64,000 nucleotides of DNA from a virus. A model generated the notes under the pieces. The model was not told where the DNA came from. It saw only the letters and a program-made list of their open reading frames with translations, and made no database searches. Position 1 is the stretch's first letter. Each line of letters begins with the position of its first letter. The stretch spans positions 1 to 64,000 of IMG/VR virus record IMGVR_UViG_3300022839_000007, one strand, 5' to 3'. This document shows positions 36,322 through 51,700 of the stretch, piece by piece. Position numbers and translations under genes: made by a program.

Positions 36322-39300
36322 GTGCAAATGTCATCCACTGATAGACAAAATAGATTATTGTTAGCTGAAGATTGGAAAAAAATCTATCAGAGTTTTAAAT
36401 ATGCAGATTTTAAAAGTTACGACTTTGATAATCTTCGTAGAACAATGATAGAGTATCTACGTACCAATTATCCAGAAGATTTCAATGACTATATTGAATC
36501 TAGCGAATATCTTGCATTAATAGACATGATTGCATTTCTTGGACAAAATATTAGCTTTCGGATCGATTTAAATGCAAGAGAAAATTTTCTTGAATTAGCT
36601 GAGCGTAGAGAAAGTGTACTACGGCTTGCCCGATTGGTTTCGTATAATGTCACAAGAAATCAAGCAGCAAACGGGTTGTTAAAATTCTCAGGTGTCAACA
36701 CTAGCGAACAGCTCATTGATAGCAACGGAGTTAACCTTGCTAATAAAAATATTGCATGGAACGACAATACCAATCCTGACTGGTACGAACAGTTTACTAA
36801 GGTATTAAATGCAGCATTGCCGATTAATAGTAACATTGGTAGACCGTTAAAGTTAGAAAATGTTGCAGGTATAGCAACCGAACAATATCGTTTAAATAAT
36901 TTAACAGCTAATAGTAGTATTTTTACTTTTAACAAACCTGTGAATAGTAAAACATTAAATTTTGAAATTGTAAGTACTGGAATATCTTCTGGTGAAATTA
37001 TAGAAGAGGCACCTCTTCCTGGAAGTCAACTTGGTTTCATATATCGAGATAACGGCGCAGGCGCCGGTAGTGAAAATACGGGCTTCTTTGCCCATTTTAG
37101 ACAAGGTACAATGCAAAAAGGAGATTTTGCAATTGATTCGCCTGTGCCTAATCAAAAAATTGAAATCAACAGTGTTAACATAAACAATAGCGATGTCTGG
37201 TTATACAAGTTAAATTCGTCGGCACAAGAAGAAGAACTTTGGACCAAAGTAGATAGCGTCGAAGGCAACAATATTGTGTACAACAGTATTAGTAAAAATA
37301 TTCGAGATATCTTTAGTGTACTAACTCGTTCTCAAGATCGAATTAGTTTGATATTTAGCGACGGTGTGTTTGGAACATTGCCCAAGGGCAATTTTAGAGT
37401 GTATTATAGAACCAGCGAAAATTCAGATTTTACAATCTCCGCTGCAAGTATGCAAGGAATTTCAATACGGGTACCGTACCTAAGTAAATCTAGCAAAACA
37501 GAAACTCTTACAATCTACATGGATCTAAAAACGCTAGTTGACAATGCAAGTGCAACAGAAACAATCGACAGCATTAAAACAAATGCTCCTAGCACATATT
37601 ACACACAAAACCGTCTTATTACCGCAGAAGATTACAACCTAGGTCCGCTAGGAATAAGCCAGGAAATTATTAAAACTAAAAGCGTTAATAGAACAGCAAG
37701 CGGGATTAGCAGATATTATGATATAATAGATGCCACCGGCAAATATAGTAAAACAAACGTGTTTGGCACCGACGGAGTATTATACAAAGAATACCTCGAT
37801 AAGGTGACTAATTTTAAGTTTATTACTAGAACTGACATATCTAAAACTATCTTTAACACAATATTACCGATATTAGAAGAGACTGGTGTAAAAAACTTTT
37901 ATCTCAGCGAATTTCCAAGTCAAGCATATTTAGAAATTAATTTACGCTGGAAACAAGATACTTCTGATACTAATCGGAGTACAGGGCGTATTTACGACGA
38001 AAACAACATATACTACACGGTAGGAACGTTTACTGAAGGCCCTCTTCGATATCTAGAAGCTGGTGCATTAGTAAAATTTACAGCACCGGCTGGATTTGTA
38101 TTTTTAAATAATAAATTAGTAATACCAAAGGGCGCAAAGTCGGAAACTGCATATATGTGGACAAAGGTAATTGGCGTAAGCGGATCAGGACAAGATCTAA
38201 ATAACGATTCGACCGGTCCTATAATATTTAACGATATTATACCATCAACTGCAATATTAAATTATATTAAACCTAAATTTGTTAGAGACTTGGTAACTAA
38301 TATTCAAACTCAAATAATTAATAATATATTTGCATATAGAAATTTTGGCCTTAGATACGACCGAGATTTAAGACAGTGGGATATTGTTCTTCAAGAAGAC
38401 CTTGATATAAACTCAGAATTTAGTCTAGGATTATCCGGCGATACTACTGGACAGCAATTAGATAGCAGTTGGTTATTAATGTTTGAAACCGACGGAGTAT
38501 CTTATAACATTACCTATAGAACAATTCGATATATTTTTGAAAGTGACTCGGAAATTAGATTCTATTTTGACGGTAATAAAAAAATATATGATAGTAAAAC
38601 TGGAAAAATTGTTAAAGATCGAATTAGTGTGTTAAACATTAATAACGATATCAATACCGGCACTGGCATAATGCCATTTACTGTTGACTTTGATTGGGAA
38701 ATATCAAAAGAATATAAAGATGTCGGAGGATACGTTGACAGTAAAAAAGTTGAAGTGACTTTTTTTGATTCAGACGACGACGGTATTATTGATAATCCTG
38801 ATATATTTAATCAACTAGTAGATTCGTCTAATTATATCTTTACTAAAAAGAATGTACAGAACAATACAGAGAATTATATATATGCAGATCCTATTATTAA
38901 TAATATACAAACTGTATTAACAGGTACGTCTATTAACTTGTTGGCCGAGAATAATCCTGTATTTTATATTGAATCTACTGATAGTTTTAAACAACTAAAT
39001 AGTTTGACACGGACACTAACAGATGTGTTTAATTTTAATGCCTATATTGGAAGAAGCAAAATTAAATTTCAATACGTACATGCCGCAGATGAAAATTCAA
39101 GAATAGACCCTAGTAGTACAAATATAATTGATACATATATTTTAACAAAATCTTATGATACTCGTTATAGACAATTTGCTGCAGGTGCAACACAAATTCT
39201 ACCGTTACCACCAAGCAGCGATCAATTATTTAGATCATACGGTACAGAGATTAATAAAGTTAAAAGTATAAGTGATGAGATAATTTATCACCCGGTAAAG

Positions 39301-39762
39301 TACAAATCGTTATTTGGTAATAGAAGTAGTTTGGAGTTGCAAGCAATGTTTAAAATAGTTAAAAATGAAAACAGAGTAGTAAGTGATAACGATGTTAAAG
39401 CAAGGACTATTACTGCAATTAATGAATATTTTGCACTAGATAACTGGGACTTTGGGGAAATATTCTATTTTAGTGAATTATCGGCTTATATTATGAAACA
39501 GCTTTCTCCGGATATTGTAAGTATTGTTATTGTACCGAGAGATGCCAGACAGAGTTTTGGTAGCTTATTTGAAGTAAAATGTGAAGCGGATGAAATCTTT
39601 TTAAGTTCTGCATCAGTTGACGATATTGAAATTATCACGGCAAATACACAAGAACGATTAAGAGCAACTGGTACAATTGTTTCTACATCGCCGAGTACCG
39701 GAGCAAGCATTCGGAGCTCAACATTTAGTAGCTCGACTACAACTGGAGGAATTATTTACTAA
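36322..39762 (+). CDS. gp6: Baseplate wedge subunit; likely start at ATG 36328
   Basis: YDFDNLR, ENFLELAERRESVLRLARLVSY, FSDGVFG.LP and QNRLITAEDY motifs. Confidence 0.88.
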   Translation: MQMSSTDRQNRLLLAEDWKKIYQSFKYADFKSYDFDNLRRTMIEYLRTNYPEDFNDYIESSEYLALIDMIAFLGQNISFRIDLNARENFLELAERRESVLRLARLVSYNVTRNQAANGLLKFSGVNTSEQLIDSNGVNLANKNIAWNDNTNPDWYEQFTKVLNAALPINSNIGRPLKLENVAGIATEQYRLNNLTANSSIFTFNKPVNSKTLNFEIVSTGISSGEIIEEAPLPGSQLGFIYRDNGAGAGSENTGFFAHFRQGTMQKGDFAIDSPVPNQKIEINSVNINNSDVWLYKLNSSAQEEELWTKVDSVEGNNIVYNSISKNIRDIFSVLTRSQDRISLIFSDGVFGTLPKGNFRVYYRTSENSDFTISAASMQGISIRVPYLSKSSKTETLTIYMDLKTLVDNASATETIDSIKTNAPSTYYTQNRLITAEDYNLGPLGISQEIIKTKSVNRTASGISRYYDIIDATGKYSKTNVFGTDGVLYKEYLDKVTNFKFITRTDISKTIFNTILPILEETGVKNFYLSEFPSQAYLEINLRWKQDTSDTNRSTGRIYDENNIYYTVGTFTEGPLRYLEAGALVKFTAPAGFVFLNNKLVIPKGAKSETAYMWTKVIGVSGSGQDLNNDSTGPIIFNDIIPSTAILNYIKPKFVRDLVTNIQTQIINNIFAYRNFGLRYDRDLRQWDIVLQEDLDINSEFSLGLSGDTTGQQLDSSWLLMFETDGVSYNITYRTIRYIFESDSEIRFYFDGNKKIYDSKTGKIVKDRISVLNINNDINTGTGIMPFTVDFDWEISKEYKDVGGYVDSKKVEVTFFDSDDDGIIDNPDIFNQLVDSSNYIFTKKNVQNNTENYIYADPIINNIQTVLTGTSINLLAENNPVFYIESTDSFKQLNSLTRTLTDVFNFNAYIGRSKIKFQYVHAADENSRIDPSSTNIIDTYILTKSYDTRYRQFAAGATQILPLPPSSDQLFRSYGTEINKVKSISDEIIYHPVKYKSLFGNRSSLELQAMFKIVKNENRVVSDNDVKARTITAINEYFALDNWDFGEIFYFSELSAYIMKQLSPDIVSIVIVPRDARQSFGSLFEVKCEADEIFLSSASVDDIEIITANTQERLRATGTIVSTSPSTGASIRSSTFSSSTTTGGIIY

Positions 39763-42700
39763 TGGCATTCGAAAAGGATCAAACAGATATTACTTTGCCA
39801 GTAAACGGTACCGGTGATATTAGTGCAGTAAACTTTCTTCCTAAATATTTTAGAACAGATATTAATAGAAAGTTCATTAATTCGACAATCGATCAAATGA
39901 TCAAACCGGGCGTAGTTGAAAAAATAAACAGCTTTACCGGAAGACGATATGCAAGAGCAACAACTGTAAATGATAGCTTTCTAAGCGATGTTACTGCCAC
40001 CCGAGAAAACTATCAGTTTGAACCAGTAATGGTTTACAAAGATACATTAAACAATGTTGAATTTTACAAAGACTACAACGATTATTTGGGGCAGTTGACT
40101 ACTTTCAAAGGTACAACTAGCAATCACAGTATTTTAAATAGTCAAGAGTATTATGCATGGAACCCTCATATTGATTGGGATAAGTTTGCTAATTTTAGAG
40201 AATATTACTGGCTACCAAACGGACCGGATGTTGTCTCGGTTTCCGGGCAATCAACATCTGTGGTTAGTACATATACCGTTGGTATAGTATTTGACGCTGA
40301 CAATTACGCATATGTCTTTACTCCAAACGGCTTTACTAGAAATCCTAAATTAAAGCTTTATAAAGGACAGACATACCGCTTCGACATCGATACTCCGGGA
40401 CATCCCTTTGCATTAGCAATTAGTCGAGTGTTCAACGACCAGGATCCAGGAATTGAATATGCACCTTCTAATCTTAGTACGCTATATAACAAAGGTGTTG
40501 TAAAATATCAATACGATGCAGAAGGAAAGCTAGTCATTTCCAACGAGGAATACATCGAAAAAGGTGTAATAGAATTTACAGTACCCGACGATGTGCCTGA
40601 TACATTATTTTACTTGAGTAAAAATTCAGTTGACACTAGTGGCATTATCGCAACTTATACTATTTTGGCTGCGTCCGAAATAAACGTTAACGAAGAAATA
40701 GTAGGCAAACGATCGTATAAAACGGCCAATGGAATTCAGTTAAGTAACGGAATGAAACTATACTTCCAGGGTACTGTTACTCCAGACGAATATAGCAAGG
40801 GATTTTGGTATGTTGAAGGAGTTGGTAGTGCAATAAAACTAGTATCCGACCAGTCTCTAGAAGTTCCGGCAATTTTTACCAGCAAGTTCAATGTTCCGTT
40901 TGACACCTTTGGGTTTGATCAATATCCATTCGAAGATGCTAGTAGCTTTCCTGGAACTAAGGATTACATAGTAATTAATCGTAGCAGTCCGGATCGAAAT
41001 CCGTGGTCGCGATATAACCGTTGGTTTCACAAAGATGTAATAACCGCTAGTGCCATGGCAAACAACAGAGTAGCTAATATAAATCAAGATGCTCGTGCCA
41101 AGCGTCCTATTATCGAATTTGAAGCTGGATTGAAGCTTTATCAGCACGGTGCAAAAGCAAAGAACAATGTTGATTTAGTTGATACGTTTACTACTGATGT
41201 CTTTAGTACAATCGAAGGCAGCCTTGGCTACAACGTCGACGGAGTAGACTTAGTTGACAGGATGCGAGTATTATTTACAGCCGATACAGATATTCTAGTT
41301 CAAGGAAAGATTTATCAAGTTAAGTTTATTACGCACAACGCACGTAGACAGATTACGTTAATTGAAACAGTTGACACAGATCCAGTTCTTGATGATACCG
41401 TTTTAGTTTTAATGGGTAATACACAAGCCGGTAATATGTTTTATTATACCGGTATTAAATGGAAGATAGCGCAAGATAAAACAAGTATTAATCAGTTTCC
41501 GTTATTTGACTTATTTGATAAAGATGGAATAAGTTATACTGATAATACTACATATCCTTCTAGTAGCTTTAGAGGAAACACATTATTTGGATACCGGTTA
41601 GGAACCGGTACTCCTGACACTGAACTAGGGTTTGCATTAAGTTATCGCAATATTTCAAATGTCGGAGATATTGTATTTGATTTTTCGCTTTTAACTGATA
41701 CATTTGGCTATCAGTCTGAACTTCATCAAACAAGTTTAGTAAACACCGACACTTCGTTTTTAAGAAAGTATAATGCTTTTGGAACCGAGTTTTCCTATGA
41801 AAACGGATGGAAAAAGGCAGTTGCAAAAAGCAGCCAGGCAGTTATTAATTCTCAAATAATTACTAACAAACTAAATAATTTTCCTATTGATGTATACGAC
41901 AATAGCGCAACTGTTACTGATCTTATTATTAAAATATGGGTCAACGGTTCGCGAAAGTATCAAGATATTGATTATATTGTATCAAGTAATAACAATATAG
42001 CATACATCGACTTTAATAGAGAGTTAGCAGAAACTAACTTATTGTTAATAAAAACATACAGCAGTGCAAACAAAAATGCAAACGGATTTTATGAAATACC
42101 TATTAATTTTGAAAAAAATCCACTTAATGACAATATTACAGAAGTTACACTTGGAGAAGTAAACGACCATATAAACAGCATAGCAGACGGACATCCTGAA
42201 TTTATAGGAATATTTCCCGGTGCTAGCAATCTTCGAGATATTAGCAAACTTGCATCGTATGGTACTCGTTTTGTACAACACAGCGGACCTCTTAATCTTG
42301 CATTATACAATTTAACCGACAAAGATGCAAACTTAATTAAATCGTTAAAATTTGCCAGAAGAGAATATGCAAAATTTAAGAGACAATTTATATACGAAGC
42401 CAACAAAACCGGATTTCACGGTAGTGCAAGAGACCATGTAGATTTAATTTTACAGACATTGGCACAAACTAAAACCGAAGCACGTCCTTTCTATTTCAGT
42501 GATATGGTTGCTATCGGAACAGCTTTAAAGACATTGCATTTAGTAGAATATCCTGATGCAGTATTTTTTGCATTAAATCGTTCTTTTAATTTATCTACAT
42601 TATCTATTAATGCAGTAACAGTCTATTTAAATGGTATACAACTACTACACAACAAGGATTATATATTTGTTGATACCTTTGTAAAGATCTTGAACAACTT

Positions 42701-45700
42701 ATCTCGTAATGACGTAGTTGAGGTTTATGAATACGAAAACACAGCAGGATCATTTATTCCTCCGACTCCTACTAAACTAGGCATGTATCCAAAATACCAG
42801 CCGGGTATTATAGTCGATAATACGTATTCTACTACAACTACAATGATACAAGGTCACGACGGCAGCTTAGTAAAGGCGTATAACGATTATCGAGACGACT
42901 TGTTAATTGAATTAGAAATGAGAATTTTTAATAATATTAAATGTGAATACGATACAACTAAAATTGATATATTTGATTTTGTATCTGGTCATGAACGAAA
43001 TACCGGTATTCCTCAAGCCGATGTTGATGCTATATTACTAGCAGACTTTGCTCAATGGTTAGAAATTGCAGGATCGCCCGATTATAGTAGTAATACTAAC
43101 TGGAATGAATTTGACAATTTTACATTAAATTATTCTAATATGGGAGATAAGTCAGGCAACCCGTTAAATGGATACTGGAGAGCAATATACAAGAAGTATT
43201 TTGATACTGACCGTCCGCACACTCATCCGTGGGAAATGATAGGATTTACCATTATGCCTGTGTGGTGGGAACAGGTGTACGGTCCTGCTCCGTATACTAA
43301 AGATAACACCATATTATGGAGCGACTTAGCAAGCGGTATAATAAAGACTCCGGGACTTCCTGCACAAATAAATTCTAAGTTCATTAGAACAACATTGTTG
43401 TCTAATATTCCAGTAGATGAAAGCGGAAACTTGTTAAGCCCGTTGGATTGTGGATTGGCACAAAATTATGCAATACTATTATCTAAAAATAACTTTGTGT
43501 TTGGAGATCAAGCTCCGGTAGAAACTGCTTGGAGACGCAGTAGCGACTATCCGTTTAGTTTAATAACAGCTTGGTCAATTTTGCAGCCTGCTCATATAAT
43601 TGGACTTGGATTCGATTGCTCTCGTGTTAAACGGGATATTGTTGGAAATTTAGTATATTCACCAACTAACAAGCGTATTCAGTTGTCTGAGTTGGTATTT
43701 CCAACAGTTAATACATCTGATACGTTGGTGTTAACCAGCGGGTTAGTTAACTATGTTGTAGATTTTATTGTTAATAACGTCACTATTAAATATCAAACAT
43801 ACAAGACACAGTTAACTAATAGTAAAAATCAATTAGCAGTTAAACTAGCAGGATTTGCAGATAAAAATAAACTAAAACTAGTGTTAGATAGCAGAAGTCC
43901 GTTGAATAAAAGTAGTGTGTTTGTGCCCGACGAAAATTACCAGATTTTCTTCAATGTAAGTAGTCCGCTAGAAACAGCAGTGTTTAGTGGAATAATCATT
44001 GAAAAAAGCAAAACTGGTTACATTATTCTTGGATACGATAAAGAAAGTCCTGTGTTTAATTACACAGCACCGATTCCTCGTCAACGAGATAGCGCAATTA
44101 CAGTTGGAGGAATAAGCGAGTCCTTTGTTAACTGGAATGAAAATACTCAATATATAGCAGGAAACGTTGTTGTTAACAACGGAACATACTATAGAGCAGT
44201 AACTACTCACACAAGCAACACTGTATTTGATGCAATAAAATTTGCAATATTGCCCTCGCTTCCTATCACCGGCGGCGAAACTGTTTTACTTCGTAAGGAT
44301 TTTGAATCTCAAGTAAGTTCACTTCCGTACGGTACGGTATTAGCATCAGTACAAGAAGTTACCGATTTTATGTTAGGATACGAAAATCATCTTGTAGCGC
44401 AAGGATTTGAGTTTAGTTTCTTCAACAACGATACCGAAGCACTCGAAGACATGAAACTTTGTATTAAAGAATTTATGTTTTGGGTCACACAAAATTGGGA
44501 TATAGGAACAGTATTAACTCTTAGCCCAGCTGCTAATCAACTTAAATTTTCTAAAGAATTTTATGTAGTTGACGACATATACGACGGATTCTATGATATA
44601 AGTATACTTAGTGGAATTGGTACAAGAATAAATTCGGAATTTAGCAACATTTTTAGAAATGACCAGAACGAATTTGGTATCAAGCCTCTAAATACAGATG
44701 ACGGCATTTACCTAGCTAGATTGCCGCTTGTACAAAAAGAGCATATTATATTAATTGATAACGTAACAGTATTCAATGACACCATTTATGATGTTGCTCC
44801 TGGGTATAGACAAGAACGTATAAAACTAGTTGGATATAGAACCGATAATTGGACCGGTGGACTCCATATCCCGGGATTCTTTTATGACAATGCAAAAGCC
44901 ACTGAATGGAATTTATGGTCTGACTATGCAATTGGAGATTTGATAAAATATAAAGAATTTTATTACGTCGCTAATAGCAAGCATTCAAGCACCGACGTAT
45001 TTGATCCCGAGTATTGGAATCAATTAAACAAAAAACCAGAACCTTCATTGTATCCAAATTGGGATTATAAAGTTAATCAGTTCACAGACTTTTATGACCT
45101 TGACTCTGATAATTTTGATACCGAACAGCAACGGCTCGGGCAACACTTAATTGGATATCAACGACGTGCATACCTTGAAAATATTATTACAGATAGTGTA
45201 AGTCAATACAAATTCTATCAAGGGTTTATTCAAGACAAAGGTACTAAAAATAGCTTAACAAAGCTATTTGATGCGTTAAGCGGTGCCGACAAAGATAGTC
45301 TTGAATTTTACGAAGAGTGGGCAATCCGAGTAGGACAATATGGTGCAATTGAAAACAAGTATGAAGTTGAATATCAACTTGACGAAACAAAATTTAGACT
45401 CGAGCCACAATTATTTGAATTAACTAATTCTATTAGTAGTCGTACTGATTTGGTTTATGAAATTGCACCTCATGAAGCAATGTTAAAGCCTAGTGATTAT
45501 ACACATAGTATATTTGAGGAAAAATCTGATATCAGTGTATTTGGGTTCGACAGCGGGTATGTTCGAAACCTTGACGTTAACCTTGTTTCTATAGTTAAGG
45601 ATCAACTAACATTGTTGTCAGTTGATGATATACAAGTAGGAGACTTTGTTTGGATTCAGAGAGAACAACAATCCTGGAATGTTTACAGAAATGTAACAGT

Positions 45701-48700
45701 TAACAATATCGTTACAGACGTAGTAATGTCCTTGCCGACTGATAGATCATTTGATAATGCACTAGCAGACTTTAATAACGGATTTACTGTTTACTTTGAA
45801 CATCCGGTTACTGAGTTTAAAGAAGACGACATTATCGGTATACGTTCTGAGTTTATTTCAGCAAATGGATTTTTTAAAGTCAAGGAAGTATTCTTAAATC
45901 AAGTAGTAATATTATCTAACGTTCCTGTTAGTCAAGAAAGTTATAACGATAGTATAGTAAGCGGTGTTAGTAAGTTTGTAAAAAGAAGATTTGCAAATGC
46001 AGCCGATCTAAATTCTACTATTGAAAATATTATTCACAATCCCGACGATAAGGTATGGATTGATAATACAGGCAATGGAAATTTTGGCGTATTTGCTAAC
46101 AATCCGGTATTTTCGCTGCAAGAAGAAACAATTAACTCAACTACAACGGCCGACAACTTTTCGTCAAGTTTTGCAGTTAATAAATCAAACACTGTTGTAG
46201 TGGTAAGCAAAAACAATCAAGCAGAAGTATTTACAAGAAATGCAGAAAGCTTTGCAAAAATATTATTACAAACGTTCTTACCGGACAATGCGATTGCTGC
46301 TAATACAAATTTTGGTGCAGATGTTAGCATCAGTGCAGACTCTCGGTACATAGCAATAGGAGTACCGGATGCAAGCAATGCAGTAACGTATTATAAAGGA
46401 GAATTAGATCCGTTGTCTACTTACAATGTAGGCGATATAGTAAGCGACAGAGGTGCTCTTTGGAGAGCAAATAATACTATAACCGGAGACAATAGCACTA
46501 TTGCTAATTTTTCTCAAGATTGGGAACCAGTGACATTGTTAACAGCAAATGCATTTGGAACTCCTAGTTCGCTAACTAATCAAGGACTAGTTTATATTTA
46601 TAAACTTAATCTTCAAACAAACACGTATTTTTTACAACATGTAATAGTAAGTCCAACTCCTAGGACTAATGAGCAGTTTGGATATAAAGTTGAATTAAGA
46701 CAAACTGCGGCCGGAATCACGCGATTATTTGTCGGAGCACCGGGCGAATCCGGCGTGGATCAAGGACGTATCTACTTCTTTGAAACTGATTATAATGATA
46801 TATGGAGCAATACTAGAAATCGTAATTACAAGGGCGAATGGTCTGCGTTGATATCTTACAACGAAAATGAAATTGTATCGTTTAACGGAATATTAAAGCA
46901 GTCAACTACAAATAATGTTGTTGAAAGTCCGTCAATCAGCAATAAGTGGATAGACATTGACATCGTGGAATACTCTGGATACATTCCTCAAGGTGCATAC
47001 ATATTAGAAGATGCAGATTCAACCGCTGTATACAACCTGGCTACGAATGTAGGTACAACGTTTGATGTAAATGCCACCGGTGATATACTAGTACTTTCCG
47101 CTTCAGCCGACTACGAGTTACTTGCACAGGATGTTAGTATTAAGACTGATCGAGTTTCTATTTTTGAAAATCAAGGAAGATGGAAATTTCTTCAATACAT
47201 AGATGCTGAAGACAGTACAGACGACTTTGGGTATGTGATATCAATAAACGAAACTGGAAACAAAATTGCAATTGGTGCACCTACAAACGACGATCAAGGA
47301 ATTGATCGCGGAGTAGTATACATCTACGAGCGAGCTACTGTCAATTCCGTATCGACATATAGCGTGGTACAAATACTGCAAAGCCCGTTTGCAGAAGAAA
47401 ACGAGGCATTTGGTACAGGAATTGATTTTAGTCATTCTCGTTTGGCAATTAGTGCAAAAAATGCAGACATGATTTTAAGTACTACATTTGACTCGTATAC
47501 TCAATTGGAGTTTGTAATAGTCGGCGAAGACGGGTTTGACAATCCGATTTATTCAAGGTATGTGCTGGATAATAGTAGTAAAGAAAAAGATATTAGCACT
47601 ACTTATGACGGAAACAATACTAAATTTTCCTCTATTATCAAAGATACTGGAAGAATAATTATTTTTCAAGAAATTGGAAATTCATTCATGTTTGCCGAAG
47701 TGTTAAACTATAATAGAAACACTAAATTCAACGACGTGTCAAATTTTAAATTAAACAACAATCACATATATATCGGACTTCCAAAATTAGACCTGTCTGA
47801 CGTTACAGATGTTATATTACCTATTGAATATGCAACGTCGACTACCGATGTTATTGGTCTTTTAGCAGATTTAAGAGCTATTCCGACTACTAATAGTTGG
47901 GAAATAATTTCATCACAGTCTGGAAAAATTAACCTAGCAACTGTTTCAAAAGCGTTCCTATACAGCAAAGAAAGCAATGATATAATTGCCAACTTGGATA
48001 TACTTGACCCGAGACAGGGTAAAATTCCAGGCGTTGCTGATCAGGAAATTAGTTTTAAAACCTTCTACGATCCTGCAATATATAGCGTCAATCAAAATAA
48101 CAAAACAGGAATAACAGTTGATGTTAATGCAAACTGGACTGACAATTATGTAGGAAAACTATGGTGGTCAATTGGAAGTGCAACCTGGATTAATCCGTAT
48201 CAAGGCAGCGTGCATTATCGGTCCGCAAATTGGAATATGCTAGCTGATTCAGGTAGTATTGAAATATACGAATGGGTAAAGACAACATTAACTCCGTTGC
48301 AATACCGTGCTCAATCCGATACAAGTGCAGGATTTGCAAATGGAATAAGCGGTACGCCAAAGTTTGGCGATACTATCTATAGTTCAAGTATTGATATAGA
48401 TTCAATTAGTGGAAAAACTACTGAATTTTATTATTTTTGGGTACGAAATAATAAAATAATTCCAAGAAATGTAAAAAGAAGATTGAGTTCGTTTGACATC
48501 GAACAGTTGATACTAAATCCGTCAACTAATGGTTACCGATACATTGCACCGTTAGGCACTGATCAGTTTGCATTGCATAACATTCAAAGTTTAATTAGTG
48601 GTACAGATACTATATTACATATTGAATTTGAACGTAATGAATTATTAGAAACAAATATTCATAGTGAATATGAACTATTAACCGAAGGATTGGACATATC

Positions 48701-51700
48701 TACACCTAGTTCTGCAATTGAGCAAAAATGGTATGACAGCTTAGTTGGATACGACTTGGCAAATAATCCAGTGCCCGACACAGAACTACCTGCTAAACAA
48801 AAATATGGTATATTAAACTCCCCGCGACAAAGCATGTTTATCAATCGCCTCGAAGCTGTTAAACAATTTGTAGAAAGAGTCAACGACGTACTTGTTAAGA
48901 CGCAGATAGTAGACAATTATGTAATTGATCAGCTAGTTCTAAAAGACGAAATTCCGTTAGCAAGTATCGGTAGATATGATAGTGTAGTTTCTACTGTAGA
49001 CGATCTTCGATTTGTAGGTGTAGCAAAAGTACAACAAGCAATCTTGCTACCTATAATTGTTGATGGTAAGATTTCTGATGTTACTATAATTTCTGCAGGT
49101 CGAGGTTATAAGATTTCTCCGCAAGTTAAGATTAGTTCTAACTCCGGAAAAGGTGCAATTATAAAAACTGAAATTAATAGTATAGGACAAATAATAAAGG
49201 TAACAATCTTAAATCAAGGTAAAAAATATAGCAACGATACTACATTAAATGTAAGAAAATTTAGTGTATTAGTAATTGCAGACGCTGCATTAATTGGAAG
49301 ATGGGCAATATATACTTGGTCCTCGATATCACAAACGTGGGACCGTACTGACAATCAATCATTTAATACTTCTAATTATTGGGAGTACCGGGATTGGTAT
49401 GCAACAGACTACAGTAACTTGACTTCTATTGATTTAACAGTTGATCAGAGTTACGAATTGTTTGCAGCCAACGATGCAATTGGCGACATTGTAAAAATTA
49501 ATACAATTGGCAGCGGCGGCTGGCTGTTGCTAGAAAAAATCAACGATCGGCTAACTGAAGATTACACAATAAACTATAAAACTGTAGGTAGAGAAAATGG
49601 AACTATTCAATTAGCAACAAGGTTGTACGACTATGCAACTGTTACAAGCGGATACGATGCATTAATATACGATAACGCATTTTATGACAGAGAGCCAATT
49701 ATAGAATTAAGAAATATATTAACTGCACTCAGAGACGATATTTTTATTGGAGATTTAGCGGTTGAATATAACAAAACCTTCTTTGCAGGACTACGATATG
49801 CATTTAGCGAACAAGTAAACGTTGACTGGGCATTTAAAACTAGCTTTATACGGGCAAAGCATAACGTAGGCAAATTGTTGCAAAAAGTTACATTTCAAAA
49901 CGATAACCTTGACAATTACGAGGACTACGTAAAAGAAGTAAAACCATTTAGTTCAAAGGTTAGAGAGTATATCAGTTCGTACAACCACGTTGAATCAACT
50001 AGCAGCTTAACTACCGACTTTGATATACCTCCGAGTTATAATGTAGATAATAATACTATTGAAACAATATCAGCACAAGTAAGCAATGGCGAAGTAATTG
50101 GAATAGTTCAAAAATATATGAATTATCCTTACAAAAGTTGGGTAGACAATAACGGGTACGAAGTAGTAGAGATTAAGGTATCTAATTCTGGATCAGGATA
50201 TACGCAAACCCCAACTGTGGTAGTTGAAGGTGATAGCACTACTGCAACTGCATATACAAGCAAAGGAAAAGTTACTTCAATTGAAATTACAAATACCGGA
50301 AACAAGTTTTATAAGGCTCCGTTAGTTACAATTAGCGGAACACAAACTGCTGGCGGACAGGTTGCTACTGCGGTTGCTATCTTAGGTAACGGATTAATAA
50401 GAACTGCTCACTTAACTATTAAGTTTGATAGAACACAAGGCACTTATTCGTTAACCGACTTGAATGTTACTGAAGTATTTTCTGGCACTGGTGCTAAACA
50501 AGAATTTAATCTCAAGTGGCCAATGAATATTAGATCAAATAGTTTTAGCATTTATATTAATAATAGAATACAGCTAAGTAGCAACTTTGAAGTTTCTAAT
50601 AATTTAGATACATCTAAAGGATACGCCCGACAAATAGCAAAAATTAAGTTTATCACTGCTCCGCCGGTGAATAGTGTAGTAACTGTTAATTATAAAAAAG
50701 ATGTTACTATATTAAATGCTGCAGATAGAATTTATTCATTCTATAATCCAACTTCGGGAATGCCAGGTAAAGAACTAGCACAACTAATGACTGGAGTTGA
50801 ATACTCGGGAGCAATATACGATGGTAGCGGATTTGGAAACGCACAAGGGTGGGATCCTGAGTCTCAATTTAGTCAAGGGTTCGGCGCAACTCCATGGGAT
50901 ACATTTGATAAGACGTACGATGACGAGATATTTGTATTAGACGGAAGTACTAGCGTATTAGAACTTGCTACTCCGTTAGAAAACGGAGTAGAATATAATG
51001 TTTATCTAAATAATACTCGGCTCGACGATCCTGAGTTTAGTACAGGCGGCGTAGTTTCAAATCCAAATGCAGTAATGCAAACTATAGTAGGCAACGGAAT
51101 AACAACTGCTGTTAATATTGAAGATATTGGAACTGTTGTAGATGCTGATATTATTATTATTAGAAAATCTACCAGCGATGGTAGTTTTACTCCAAATGAA
51201 ACATTGTATGATACTGCGTTGCAGGGCGGCAATTTGGCATATAATACCGCAACTGGGCTAGCAAGCGAAGATATTGTAGTCGACGGCGACAGTTTTGTTA
51301 CTCAAACTTCGAGTAAAGGTCCAGAAGAATTGGTACCTGGGCAATTATTAGATACTCTTGATATCCAAGTGTACCATAAGCCCAGCAACGGTATTGGAGT
51401 TATCGGAGTTGCAAGTTATCGCGTTATTAGCGAAACATCAACCTTTAAGTTACCACAAGTTCCAAACACTAGCGACAGCTTAATTGTCAAACTCAACGGC
51501 GAAATTCTTGCTCAAAATATGTACACAGTTGATTGGAAAAATAGAACAATAACAACTATTGAACCGTTAGTTTTTGGTAATCTAACTATTACTACTATCG
51601 GTACAAACGGAGTTGGTATTCTTGATAATATAACTGTAGAAGCAGTAGGAAACACTGACACTTACATTAGTAATGTGTTATATAATGACCAACTTTCGGC